Origin: a virus | Lineage: Duplodnaviria; Caudoviricetes | DNA: 24,411 bases | IMG/VR virus record: IMGVR_UViG_3300032292_001230 | Coordinates: 1-24,411 of that record | Reading direction: 5' to 3' (one strand) | Part shown: one piece after another, positions 15,409 through 24,250 of the stretch | Layout: each line of letters begins with the position of its first letter | How positions within the stretch are numbered: position 1 is the stretch's first letter | The notes under the pieces: generated by a model | The model's input: the letters and a program-made list of their open reading frames with translations, nothing else | What the model was told of the DNA's origin: nothing | Database searches by the model: none | Made by a program: the position numbers and the translations under genes

Positions 15409-15922
15409 TGTTAGCCTCTACATCTAGAGTATTTTCTGGTTCATCTGGAGTATTCAAAGCGCGATCGCTTTCAAAGCGAACACGGCAAAAAGTAGTAATC
15501 ACATGGGGTTTGGATTTGCACATATTCAGGATATGGCGATCGCTTATTCCTTCAGGCTTAAGGGAGTTGAGAATATCTTGCCAGCCTAGCCACTGCAAAT
15601 GTTGATCGCTGTCCATTTGCTGAATGTCTCCCATACTGCCATCGGCATTTACAAAAGCCCGTAAAATCACCTGTTTTGGCGCGATTATGCGCGTCCATTC
15701 TTTAGGATTGAGGTGTGCAACGATTAGCTTTTTAGCTAAATTTTCGATGTAATCATCAATATTTCGAGAAGGAATAGCAGCATTTTGGATGCTGCTTTGA
15801 AAGTATTCCCATGTTTTGAGTCCCATCGCTGGGCTTTTAGCTTTATCCCTACAGCGAAAAACCCAGTAACTAAGCGCACTGGCGATCGCTGTAACTTTAT
15901 CTTCAGTTTCTATGCCATACAT
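15401..15922 (-). CDS. cas11: Probable Cas11-like small subunit of the type IV-B complex
   Basis: 173-aa helical protein translationally coupled to csf2 (8-nt overlap). Assigned mainly by position. Confidence 0.6.
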   Translation of the reverse strand: MYGIETEDKVTAIASALSYWVFRCRDKAKSPAMGLKTWEYFQSSIQNAAIPSRNIDDYIENLAKKLIVAHLNPKEWTRIIAPKQVILRAFVNADGSMGDIQQMDSDQHLQWLGWQDILNSLKPEGISDRHILNMCKSKPHVITTFCRVRFESDRALNTPDEPENTLDVEANNA

Positions 15923-15994
15923 AAATATTTGCGTACATCTACGATAGATTTATTATATTGCCTAATATCCCTATTTGCTTTATTTTAAGCACCT

Positions 15995-16768
15995 ATGGCA
16001 CTGCAAACAATCACCCTAACTTATGGCGGTTTATCTGTCGTTTTTCGCAATTGGAAAAGCGCGGATTTGCCACGTTCGCGCAAAGTATTTGTAAATGAAA
16101 GTAGTTATGCAACCAGTGGCAATTTAATCAAGTCTGGATCAAGTTTCGAGTTGCCTTATTTGTGGACAATAGCCGCCGATCTTTACCAAACGGATTACGA
16201 CAAAGTGCAGATGATTTGGGAGCTTTTGGATTATGCTCGCAGGAACCAACGCGCCCAAATTGCAATCGATGTCAATGTAACCAGTAATATTTTTTCGTCA
16301 ACAGCGCACCCGTACCAGAATGTTGATGTTGTGACCTTATCCACTACAGGTACATTACCCGCGCCGCTTGTCTCTACTCGCGATTACTGGATAGTTAATC
16401 GCACCACTAACAGCTATCAATTATCAGAAACACCAAATGGATCGCCCATTGACATCACAACCACAGGAAGTAATTCCGTACTCAATACTCAGCTATTTGT
16501 TAGGCTCGATGATGAATCAGAAGAGATTGCAGAGGCAGGCAAAACGACATTAACAAAAACGAGATCGGCTGTTGCAGGAACTACCCCAAGAGAGGCAAAT
16601 GGCGGCGTTTATTACTACGCAAGATTTTTAGCTGATTGGGTTGCGCCGCCCGAATTTGGTAAAGCTTATAGTTCGGTGCGATATAGCCCTAATAATTCAG
16701 TTCGCGCCGATCAAGTATTGGTTAGATCGGTCGGATTAGTGCTGCAAGATACTGGGGTGAAGATATGA
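15995..16768 (+). CDS. Virion/tail structural protein (distal-tail-like, with an inserted beta domain)
   Basis: First gene of a coupled operon. Internal STAHPY...TGTLPAPL...YWIV...YQLS..PNGSPIDITTTG module seen in phage structural proteins. Confidence 0.55.
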   Translation: MALQTITLTYGGLSVVFRNWKSADLPRSRKVFVNESSYATSGNLIKSGSSFELPYLWTIAADLYQTDYDKVQMIWELLDYARRNQRAQIAIDVNVTSNIFSSTAHPYQNVDVVTLSTTGTLPAPLVSTRDYWIVNRTTNSYQLSETPNGSPIDITTTGSNSVLNTQLFVRLDDESEEIAEAGKTTLTKTRSAVAGTTPREANGGVYYYARFLADWVAPPEFGKAYSSVRYSPNNSVRADQVLVRSVGLVLQDTGVKI

Positions 16769-18840
16769 CAACTAATATTTCAGCCCGTGCTTTTAGCCTC
16801 ACAATCAACGGAATAGATCGCGCTCCTAACTTTATCTCAATTTCTTTATCCCAAGATGAGTTAGGGGACAAAGCCGTGCTAATTAGTGGTCAAATCACAC
16901 TAAAAGCCAATTACTCACAACGCACAGAATTTACCTACATGGCTAGCCCTGCGATCGCCTCTAACTGGGCGCGTGGGGTGCAAGTGGTTTACAGAATCGC
17001 CAATGACTCAGGAACTCTCACAAATCATCTACTTTCGGGCGCTCGATTATTTATTTTGCAAGAACCCGCACCGCCCGATGACGATGGACAAATTACCTTG
17101 CAGATTGGTGATGAAGCAACGCTTAAAAATTATCGCACTGCCATAGTTGATGCATCTGGGATTGTCAATGTAACTGGCGATCCAAGTGGCATTTTAGAAG
17201 GAACTGTTACCCCACGCGATACGGTAATCGAGAATTATTTAGCGGCGGCGGCAATCACTCATTCAATCTCAAGTATTCCCTACCCATTCCGATACTCACA
17301 ACCGCAATTAGCTAATGGAACTTTAGTGGATACGGCGGGGAAAATGGCGCGATCGGCTAACCACATCCTTTACACCAATAGCGCGGGTACTTTAGTAAAT
17401 CGTGCCATTGATTTATCGGTAAGTGCGATCGCGTCATTTGCGATTGGCAGTGATGAAAAACTTTTTGATTATGTGGATAGCAGTGGCATTGAAACCACAG
17501 TAGATGAGCTTGTAATTTCAGGATTAACTACCGAAGTAGAAGATCAAAGTTTTCCTTTTACGACTACTGCGATTAGCAAAACTTTTCTTCTCTCACCAAG
17601 ATTCTCATTATGGAGTGTTTCTGGCGTTCCTACTTATAGCCTTATTAAAATCGAATATGTATCAAAGCGAGTGACAGTCAAAAATTATGGATGGAACGGC
17701 GCTTATGAACATATTAATATTTTGACAGAAACAGCCCGAAAAGGGGTCACTGGATTCGTTGATAATACTAATCAATTGATTGCAGACCCTTACGCTTGGC
17801 TAGCTCCAGAGAGCGAACTTGATACATATTATTTTTATGATGATAAATCACGATTAATTAAAACAGTAGAGCAGAAAGATATTTATTATTTAGAACTTGG
17901 TTTTGCATCTAGATTTAATGCATTTGCTCCAAATTTTGCCTTGACTCGCCTTAATAATCAAGATATTGAAACTACTTATACATACTCTGATAGTTCGATT
18001 TTGATTTCAAAAAGGACAGAAACAACAAATTACGAAACAACGACTAACTCGCCCTATGCAAGAATCGCAAAAGAAGAAACTTGGGGGGATGGATTTTACT
18101 CAATTGCTAATTTTTATCAAGATTTTATTTATCAAATAATTCGTCAAGGGTTTGGTAGCTATCGATTACAAATCTCAGCCGATAATGCTTGGCAATCAGC
18201 TAATAGCGACATTATTTATGCCCGTGATAGCAGTACTAAACCGCCACAAACAACATATCGAAAGCCATTTAATGTAACAGAGCGACAAATAAACGTAAAA
18301 CTTCGCGCTAAGCCCTTTGCGGGTGATTCGCTGAAAGAACGATCGCGCCCTGTTGATGTTGATTTTCTCGTATCGGAAGCACAGGCAACTGATTATGGGA
18401 ATATATTTTTAGCCTTGCTTTATGGCAGAAAACAAAGCTTTACTTTTGCGACTGCCATAAACGACAACCTATTGGCTAACCTTAAGCCATTGACTAGAAT
18501 TGATATCACTTGGTATGGGGTCGTTTATGAGTGCCTAGTTGATGGAATTTCATGGGCGCACACCTTAACCGAAATGGTGATAGGTATGCGACTTATCCCT
18601 ATTAGGACTGCATTAGCGATCGCTCCATCTGTAACAAGTAATCTTGTAATTTCTTCACCCATGATTGAGGTAAATTTATTACAAGATTCTTATATGAGTT
18701 GTCAGCTAATTACTGATAATTATTTGGGTGGCGTTGGACTGCAAGACTCTTATATGAGTGTTTTGTTAGTTGCTGATTTGGCGATTTCTGTGCGTTTAAT
18801 CCAAGATAGCTATATGACAATTACTGTAACTGTGAGCTAA
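16765..18840 (+). CDS. Large tail tip / baseplate hub-like protein
   Basis: 691 aa, beta-rich, ATGA-coupled to the previous gene. C-terminal LVSEAQA...YGRK...LKPLTRIDI...VDGISW resembles hub proteins. Confidence 0.55.
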   Translation: MTTNISARAFSLTINGIDRAPNFISISLSQDELGDKAVLISGQITLKANYSQRTEFTYMASPAIASNWARGVQVVYRIANDSGTLTNHLLSGARLFILQEPAPPDDDGQITLQIGDEATLKNYRTAIVDASGIVNVTGDPSGILEGTVTPRDTVIENYLAAAAITHSISSIPYPFRYSQPQLANGTLVDTAGKMARSANHILYTNSAGTLVNRAIDLSVSAIASFAIGSDEKLFDYVDSSGIETTVDELVISGLTTEVEDQSFPFTTTAISKTFLLSPRFSLWSVSGVPTYSLIKIEYVSKRVTVKNYGWNGAYEHINILTETARKGVTGFVDNTNQLIADPYAWLAPESELDTYYFYDDKSRLIKTVEQKDIYYLELGFASRFNAFAPNFALTRLNNQDIETTYTYSDSSILISKRTETTNYETTTNSPYARIAKEETWGDGFYSIANFYQDFIYQIIRQGFGSYRLQISADNAWQSANSDIIYARDSSTKPPQTTYRKPFNVTERQINVKLRAKPFAGDSLKERSRPVDVDFLVSEAQATDYGNIFLALLYGRKQSFTFATAINDNLLANLKPLTRIDITWYGVVYECLVDGISWAHTLTEMVIGMRLIPIRTALAIAPSVTSNLVISSPMIEVNLLQDSYMSCQLITDNYLGGVGLQDSYMSVLLVADLAISVRLIQDSYMTITVTVS

Positions 18841-18843
18841 AAA

Positions 18844-19230
18844 ATGACCATATTATCTACCTACACACGCGATCAAACTCTCACCACAATAACGTCAGCG
18901 ACTCGTTATGTGGCTACCTACTCAGTCGCACCTTCACGCGCTGGGACTGGCGGCACTGAAAATACTACATCCATCAGAACGGCGGGTAGGATTGCGATTG
19001 CTTCATCCGAATGGGATGCAATTGAATCATCTGGAAACTCACGACAAAGGAAAAACACTAATGCATTGCCTTTTGGTAATGCAGTAAATAGTGTTTCGGT
19101 AGTCTTTATCGGGTTATGGGATGCCGCAACTGGAGGCAACTTTATCGCGGGTGTTGCATCCCCATTTACTAGCACGGCGGGTGCGCCTGTTACTATTCCT
19201 GCGGGTGCTTTGATTATTGGATTACAGTAA
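18844..19230 (+). CDS. Small tail/fibre-associated structural protein
   Basis: NTNALPF...FIGLWDAATGGNF...VTIPAGALII motif, common in ~130-aa phage tail proteins. Confidence 0.7.
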   Translation: MTILSTYTRDQTLTTITSATRYVATYSVAPSRAGTGGTENTTSIRTAGRIAIASSEWDAIESSGNSRQRKNTNALPFGNAVNSVSVVFIGLWDAATGGNFIAGVASPFTSTAGAPVTIPAGALIIGLQ

Positions 19231-20249
19231 TGCAAAACGAAGATGCGATCGCCATATTAAAAGCCAAAATCAGCGCAAATGCATTGCGCCGTATTCGTGA
19301 TGCTGCTGATGAAATATCGCGCCCAAAAATATTGCACACTCAATATTTAGGCGATCGCACAGTACAACAATTAGGGCAAGAGCCTAACGAAAATGCTGTG
19401 ATTTTAAATAATTCTGCTAATGCGATCGGTGATGCTCTAATGCCATTAGCAAAAGGGCAGCCACTTCAAAGATTTGATTCTGTAAATCAGGATGATGGAG
19501 TCGGTACAGCTAAGCGAGCTTTGCTAGACTATGCAGCTAATCGTGATGGGTCTAGCATTATTCGGTTAAGAACTGGTGAGCAAGAACCCGCTAATGATCC
19601 GCTAAAAGGCACATCAAGAGGGCGTGATCCTTTACCTAAAGATTACCCGCCGCCGTTTGGCTGCGTACCTCTTTTCCCTGCTAAACAATGTATTTGGATA
19701 CCCAGCGCAACGCCGCCATCAGGCTATCAATCGCATGGGAGCGCGGTAATAAATGAGGATGGATTAGAACTATGGCTGCATTGCAAAGAGGGAGTTGTAC
19801 CGCCGCCTGATTTGGGCTGTACTTTCTTGAGTCGTTGGAAATGTGTCGATGGTGTTTGCACTCAAGATCCTAGCGGTAGTTATGCCACTAAAGCGGCGTG
19901 TGAAACTGCGCGAATTCCTGCAAACTTTACTGGTGGTCAATGTGTGGGAACTGTCTACAGCATCGGCGGAATTTGTGATATTTACGATGGAAACGGTACG
20001 TTAGTTGCTATATCCGCCTTCTCTGTATCGTCTACAGGTGCAGTGGTATCCGTAGCTCCGAAACGTCTATATTTATCCAATGGTCAAACTATAGTTGTTG
20101 CCGCTATAGGTTCAACAGGCGAGACAGAAAGCGGTTTTATCTATTTTATTAACAACGTATTCAATCCCAATGCTTGGACTTTTAATTTAAGGAATATTAC
20201 TCTTTCGGGATCGCCCGATAATTGCGGAGATCGCTTCACCTGCCCTTAA
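19230..20249 (+). CDS. Cys/Pro-rich putative tail or receptor-binding protein
   Basis: TAATG-coupled to the previous gene; many Cys in the C-terminal half (WKCVDGVCTQDPSGSYATKAAC, FTGGQC). Confidence 0.55.
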   Translation: MQNEDAIAILKAKISANALRRIRDAADEISRPKILHTQYLGDRTVQQLGQEPNENAVILNNSANAIGDALMPLAKGQPLQRFDSVNQDDGVGTAKRALLDYAANRDGSSIIRLRTGEQEPANDPLKGTSRGRDPLPKDYPPPFGCVPLFPAKQCIWIPSATPPSGYQSHGSAVINEDGLELWLHCKEGVVPPPDLGCTFLSRWKCVDGVCTQDPSGSYATKAACETARIPANFTGGQCVGTVYSIGGICDIYDGNGTLVAISAFSVSSTGAVVSVAPKRLYLSNGQTIVVAAIGSTGETESGFIYFINNVFNPNAWTFNLRNITLSGSPDNCGDRFTCP

Positions 20250-20255
20250 AAAAAT

Positions 20256-20525
20256 ATGAATGCAATCAACTCAATAAAATCAATGCTTACTGATAATGCA
20301 ACTGCTCGCATAAAAGCAATAAAGCCTGTCGATAATACCGCTCCTACGCTATGCCAAGTCACGGGATTTGACGCAAACGCAGGAATGTATACAGCGATCG
20401 CCCCTGATGGCTCTAATCTTTATTTTCGGTACATTGGCAATGCCTCACTGGCGATCGGCGAACAAGTTTCAATTACCACACCTGATAAAGCGGCTTTTGG
20501 CTATGGCGATACTAAAGCTAGGTAA
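20256..20525 (+). CDS. Hypothetical protein (small beta/OB-like)
   Basis: 89-aa ORF in the tail operon. Confidence 0.65.
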   Translation: MNAINSIKSMLTDNATARIKAIKPVDNTAPTLCQVTGFDANAGMYTAIAPDGSNLYFRYIGNASLAIGEQVSITTPDKAAFGYGDTKAR

Positions 20526-20556
20526 TTAAGCTAAAATCAGGAAAAACATCAGTATT

Positions 20557-20970
20557 ATGGCAGAACCAACAGCAACACCCACATCGACAATAAATCCTGC
20601 TGTTAATGAGCTAAATCAGCAATCTCAAATTCAGCAGCCTCAATCGCCTCCATTATCAATATCGCCAGAATTGATATCTAGTGGCGGATATGTCCTTGGA
20701 ATTACTACTTTAGTATTGGTATTTTTTCGCAATTATCTCAACAATGCCAATAAGCGAGCGCAAATTGATAACGAATCTGCACAAACCACAAGCCAAACAC
20801 TTTTTAAGCAGCAAGCAGATTTAGTTAACGATATGCGCCAAGAAAGAGAGAGTATGAGAAAGGAAAGGGAAAGAGTGATACACGCCTTAGAATGCAATAC
20901 GATCGCGATGCAACAGTTCACAGTCACACTTCACAAGGTTGAATTGATTTTAGAAAAGTTTGCCGCTTAA
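20557..20970 (+). CDS. Single-TM coiled-coil protein, possibly holin-like
   Basis: TM segment GGYVLGITTLVLVFF followed by a coiled coil; at the end of the tail operon. Confidence 0.5.
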   Translation: MAEPTATPTSTINPAVNELNQQSQIQQPQSPPLSISPELISSGGYVLGITTLVLVFFRNYLNNANKRAQIDNESAQTTSQTLFKQQADLVNDMRQERESMRKERERVIHALECNTIAMQQFTVTLHKVELILEKFAA

Positions 20971-21398
20971 CGCACTAGCTCCATTGTATCGCCAGAGTAC
21001 TCAACAAAACCAAGCTTCAAATATAGTCCTTTCGCTTGGCTAGTCATCGCTCTTATAGCCTTGCAGTGAGGTACATCGGCACAAAGTTGGAGAGTGATAT
21101 TTGTAGCGATCGCCTGTCCGCGATAATCAGGATGGCAAGCAATATCGGTTAATACCGCCAGATGAACACCATCGCCTATTATTCTGCCAAATCCGACAAT
21201 CTCAACACCATCAAAGGCGATGTAACTAGCGATGGAATTTAGTACGCAAGTTTTGATTTGTGCTGTAGTGCGATCGCTTGACCAGTGGGTAGCGCATTTC
21301 AGAAAATTCAATATTCGGCAATAAATCAAAGCGTCATCAGGGAGCGAAACTTTATTTACTTTTTGAAAGGCGATCGCAGGACGGGTTAGGGTTTGCAT
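20967..21398 (-). CDS. GNAT family N-acetyltransferase
   Basis: IVGFGRIIGDG...LTDIACHPDYRGQAIA...LYLKLGF. Start revised to ATG 21398. Confidence 0.88.
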   Translation of the reverse strand: MQTLTRPAIAFQKVNKVSLPDDALIYCRILNFLKCATHWSSDRTTAQIKTCVLNSIASYIAFDGVEIVGFGRIIGDGVHLAVLTDIACHPDYRGQAIATNITLQLCADVPHCKAIRAMTSQAKGLYLKLGFVEYSGDTMELVR

Positions 21399-21399
21399 T

Positions 21400-21894
21400 T
21401 TATTTCTTCTCAAATACAAAATAGATGTTGGTAAAAACAAAACATAGAGCGCCATAAATTGGCTGATATTTAATGCTCACGCTTGCCATATATCCGAATA
21501 GGAAAGCGAGTATTATTGAGGCGATCGCAATAGTTTTGCGCCCTATAACTTTGCTCAACAGGCTCAACAGATTTAACAAAGTCAGCGTCACAAACCAGAA
21601 TAAACACGATGGACGCAACAGCAACCAATTGATAAAGAATCTAATGAAATGATTGTCGTGTTTTAGGAATATCAATCGTGCAGCACCATGAACAAAGTTA
21701 TGAACTCCTTTGCTTAGAGGCACAACATCACGCAAAAAGATTTCATGCTCAAGGTTTTTGTAAGTCATGTGGTGAGCATCGTTTGACTTCAGGAATGGTA
21801 ATACACAGCATCGGTTAAGCATTACATTACGAAATGATTTAGATTTTTGCCGCCATCTGTCGGAGCCAAGGTAGGTTAGATATCGGTTACTCAT
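21400..21894 (-). CDS. HNH-like domain with C-terminal transmembrane helices
   Basis: YLGSDRWRQK...HHMTYKNL.HE...DVVPLSKGVHNFVH, followed by hydrophobic segments. Confidence 0.65.
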   Translation of the reverse strand: MSNRYLTYLGSDRWRQKSKSFRNVMLNRCCVLPFLKSNDAHHMTYKNLEHEIFLRDVVPLSKGVHNFVHGAARLIFLKHDNHFIRFFINWLLLRPSCLFWFVTLTLLNLLSLLSKVIGRKTIAIASIILAFLFGYMASVSIKYQPIYGALCFVFTNIYFVFEKK

Positions 21895-23051
21895 TGTTTT
21901 TTAAATCTCCCTAAAACTGTAGTTGTGTAATCTTTGATTGAAGGATAATCACCCGCCCCATACTTTTGAGGTTTAGGATTATCGAATAAATTTGGATCGC
22001 CTGAGTACCAAATAGAGGCAACTTTGCGGATCTGCTCATCTTCATTAGCTGATGATTTTGCGGTAAGTTCTAATCCCTCTTTGAGTTTGCAATCAATAAT
22101 TTTGATTTGCTTCTCTTTGGATTTCAAGAACTCATCTTCAGTAAGCTCTTGACCGATGCATTGCTTACTCCATGATTTGATATTCTCTGGCATAACTTGA
22201 CCATAGCCAAGAGCGTTGCTATCTGGATTGACGGCTTTAGAATCATGGTTAGATTCTTGACTCGCGATCGCATTACGCAACCTCTCAACTATTGGCTTTG
22301 TTGATTGTGGTTTTTTACCTTGGAGTAGCCACATTAAATAACCTCTAGGCGGATCTATCCATTCTCCCTTTACCTTTACACCGTAATGTAAATGTGGAGC
22401 CGTAGAAGCGCCGCTATTACCAGATTTAGCGATCATCGCACCGACAGGGTGACGACCTGAATAGCACTCACTTAAATGGAATAAGGCGATCTCGGTATCA
22501 GGCAATAGAGGGGATTGAATATAAGCCGCCATACCTTCAAGCGGGTTATTTGGATTCCAAGGGCAAGCAACATCAACATAACCATCGTGGAAATTACTTG
22601 CAGATTTTTCTTCACCGATCGCATATAGCGGCGTTCCAATAGGAGTATTAATATCTACACCTTTATGATCGCTACTGCATGAAGGGCAAGGCTTCTCACG
22701 CTTACCAAATACGCTTGTAACTTCCCACTCAAGAACCTTATCGCCAAGTTTAAAAGTCGAATTAAAATCTTTATCCGTTGCCAACGGCTTAAAATTTTCT
22801 TCAAGCGATGACTTGTCAAAAGTGGGAAAATTTAAAGCTTGCCACGCCCAATCTTTTGCAGAATTTAAAGGTTTAATAACTACGAATGACAGCAATACGA
22901 CAGAAATAGTTACGCGACAAAAGTTACCGAGCCGATAGGCTTTCTCTTTGTTTAGCCAGTGCTGATGTCTGTAGTCGTCCGTGCAAAGTTGGATCGGCGG
23001 CTCTATTTCTGTTTGTGAGCGTGTTGGATTTCGTATCCGTACTAAAGTCAT
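21891..23051 (-). CDS. Peptidoglycan hydrolase: M23 peptidase plus lysozyme-like/lytic transglycosylase domain, with an N-terminal TM
   Basis: HKGVD (HxxxD) and PHLH (HxH) for M23; IASQES...ALGYGQVMPEN for the lysozyme-like fold. Start uncertain (ATG 23051 used). Confidence 0.85.
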   Translation of the reverse strand: MTLVRIRNPTRSQTEIEPPIQLCTDDYRHQHWLNKEKAYRLGNFCRVTISVVLLSFVVIKPLNSAKDWAWQALNFPTFDKSSLEENFKPLATDKDFNSTFKLGDKVLEWEVTSVFGKREKPCPSCSSDHKGVDINTPIGTPLYAIGEEKSASNFHDGYVDVACPWNPNNPLEGMAAYIQSPLLPDTEIALFHLSECYSGRHPVGAMIAKSGNSGASTAPHLHYGVKVKGEWIDPPRGYLMWLLQGKKPQSTKPIVERLRNAIASQESNHDSKAVNPDSNALGYGQVMPENIKSWSKQCIGQELTEDEFLKSKEKQIKIIDCKLKEGLELTAKSSANEDEQIRKVASIWYSGDPNLFDNPKPQKYGAGDYPSIKDYTTTVLGRFKKQ

Positions 23052-23415
23052 AATCCAATACCTTATCAAAACTTACAGTTAATTCTTTCCCTGCTTCCGT
23101 AAAATATTTAAAGCCCTTTGATGTTTCACAAAAAGCATTGCCAAGTAGTGTTTCAACTTGTTTTTTGTCGGTTAGCTGCCTTAATGTCCTGATTTGAGTC
23201 AGGGTTACAGGCTTGGTTTGCGATGGTTTGGTTAGGCAATCATCGGTATTACCTTCAATCAACTTTGCGAACTGTGGGGGGACAGTATTCGGGATTAATC
23301 TTTTAAAGTCGTCTACTGCCGCAAATTCCATATAGCCTGATTTGAGGCTGTCAAGGGCGATCGCTCCAATAGACAATATTAGAAATGTGTATGAAGCGAT
23401 CGCCGTTTTACGCAT
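22924..23415 (-). CDS. Hypothetical exported or membrane-anchored protein
   Basis: 163 aa with N-terminal MRK followed by a hydrophobic stretch. Confidence 0.6.
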   Translation of the reverse strand: MRKTAIASYTFLILSIGAIALDSLKSGYMEFAAVDDFKRLIPNTVPPQFAKLIEGNTDDCLTKPSQTKPVTLTQIRTLRQLTDKKQVETLLGNAFCETSKGFKYFTEAGKELTVSFDKVLDYDFSTDTKSNTLTNRNRAADPTLHGRLQTSALAKQRESLSAR

Positions 23416-23437
23416 GATTAATCTGCATCAGAATTAA

Positions 23438-23689
23438 TTACAAAAGTTCGTTTGAAAGCCACTTATGCAGCGACTTGAATGTATCAACAGATTGATTACT
23501 TAGCCAAGTGTCGGTGTAGTAATTAATATTGAAGGTCTGATTGTCTGGACTCCATCGGCGATCGCGTATGGCTGCGATTAAAGCATCGCAAAAATTAAAG
23601 CGATCGTGACGAGAAAAGCTGGTAATGGTTGATTCCACATAGTCAGGGATTTGCGCGGTGGAAGCGTAATAGTTTGCTGGTTTTGGCAT
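23438..23689 (-). CDS. Hypothetical protein
   Basis: 83-aa ORF with ATG and an AAGG RBS, co-oriented with its neighbours. Confidence 0.65.
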   Translation of the reverse strand: MPKPANYYASTAQIPDYVESTITSFSRHDRFNFCDALIAAIRDRRWSPDNQTFNINYYTDTWLSNQSVDTFKSLHKWLSNELL

Positions 23690-23779
23690 GATATTTACCT
23701 TGTTTAATAAATTTGTACTGTTCTCTCTTCTCCGCTTATATGTCGGGACATCGATACATATACGGGGTGGGGTTAGTCA

Positions 23780-24250
23780 TTAATCGACTCGCACCTTGGT
23801 TTGTTTCTTTAATGAAGATGACTGAGAAGCATAAGCTGATTCAGTATTTTCATTGGCAACTATAGCGTCACCAACCGCACCCGCCGCGCCTTGAAACGGG
23901 GTTTTAACTGCATAACCAAGCCTTGTACCTAATACTTGCGGAGCCATCCATCCGATACCTGTGGTAACTGGTTCTGGTTCGCCTTTACGGAACACGCCAG
24001 TAGCTATTCCAAGCCCAAATAATCCAACACAGCATAAACCGCTAACGGTAATCGCTGACATCATCGGACGATGCTTAAAAGCTCCGAGCATAGCTAGAAA
24101 CGCATTTACAGCCGCCCAAGGGTCGTTAGGGTTAATTATTGTTGCGCGTTGGGTAATTACCGATGAAAACGCGATCTCATCTATAGTCCCATTGCCGTCA
24201 TTGTCAAAACGGGCGATCGATTCGCGTGGTTGATGTACCATTCGACTCAT
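23780..24250 (-). CDS. Hypothetical membrane protein
   Basis: 156 aa with a hydrophobic segment; GAGGA RBS and TAATG coupling to the upstream gene. Confidence 0.65.
   Translation of the reverse strand: MSRMVHQPRESIARFDNDGNGTIDEIAFSSVITQRATIINPNDPWAAVNAFLAMLGAFKHRPMMSAITVSGLCCVGLFGLGIATGVFRKGEPEPVTTGIGWMAPQVLGTRLGYAVKTPFQGAAGAVGDAIVANENTESAYASQSSSLKKQTKVRVD

Noticed and set aside
16765-20249. Diversity-generating retroelement acting on tail genes
   Set aside because: No reverse transcriptase and no template/variable repeat pair were seen in the window.
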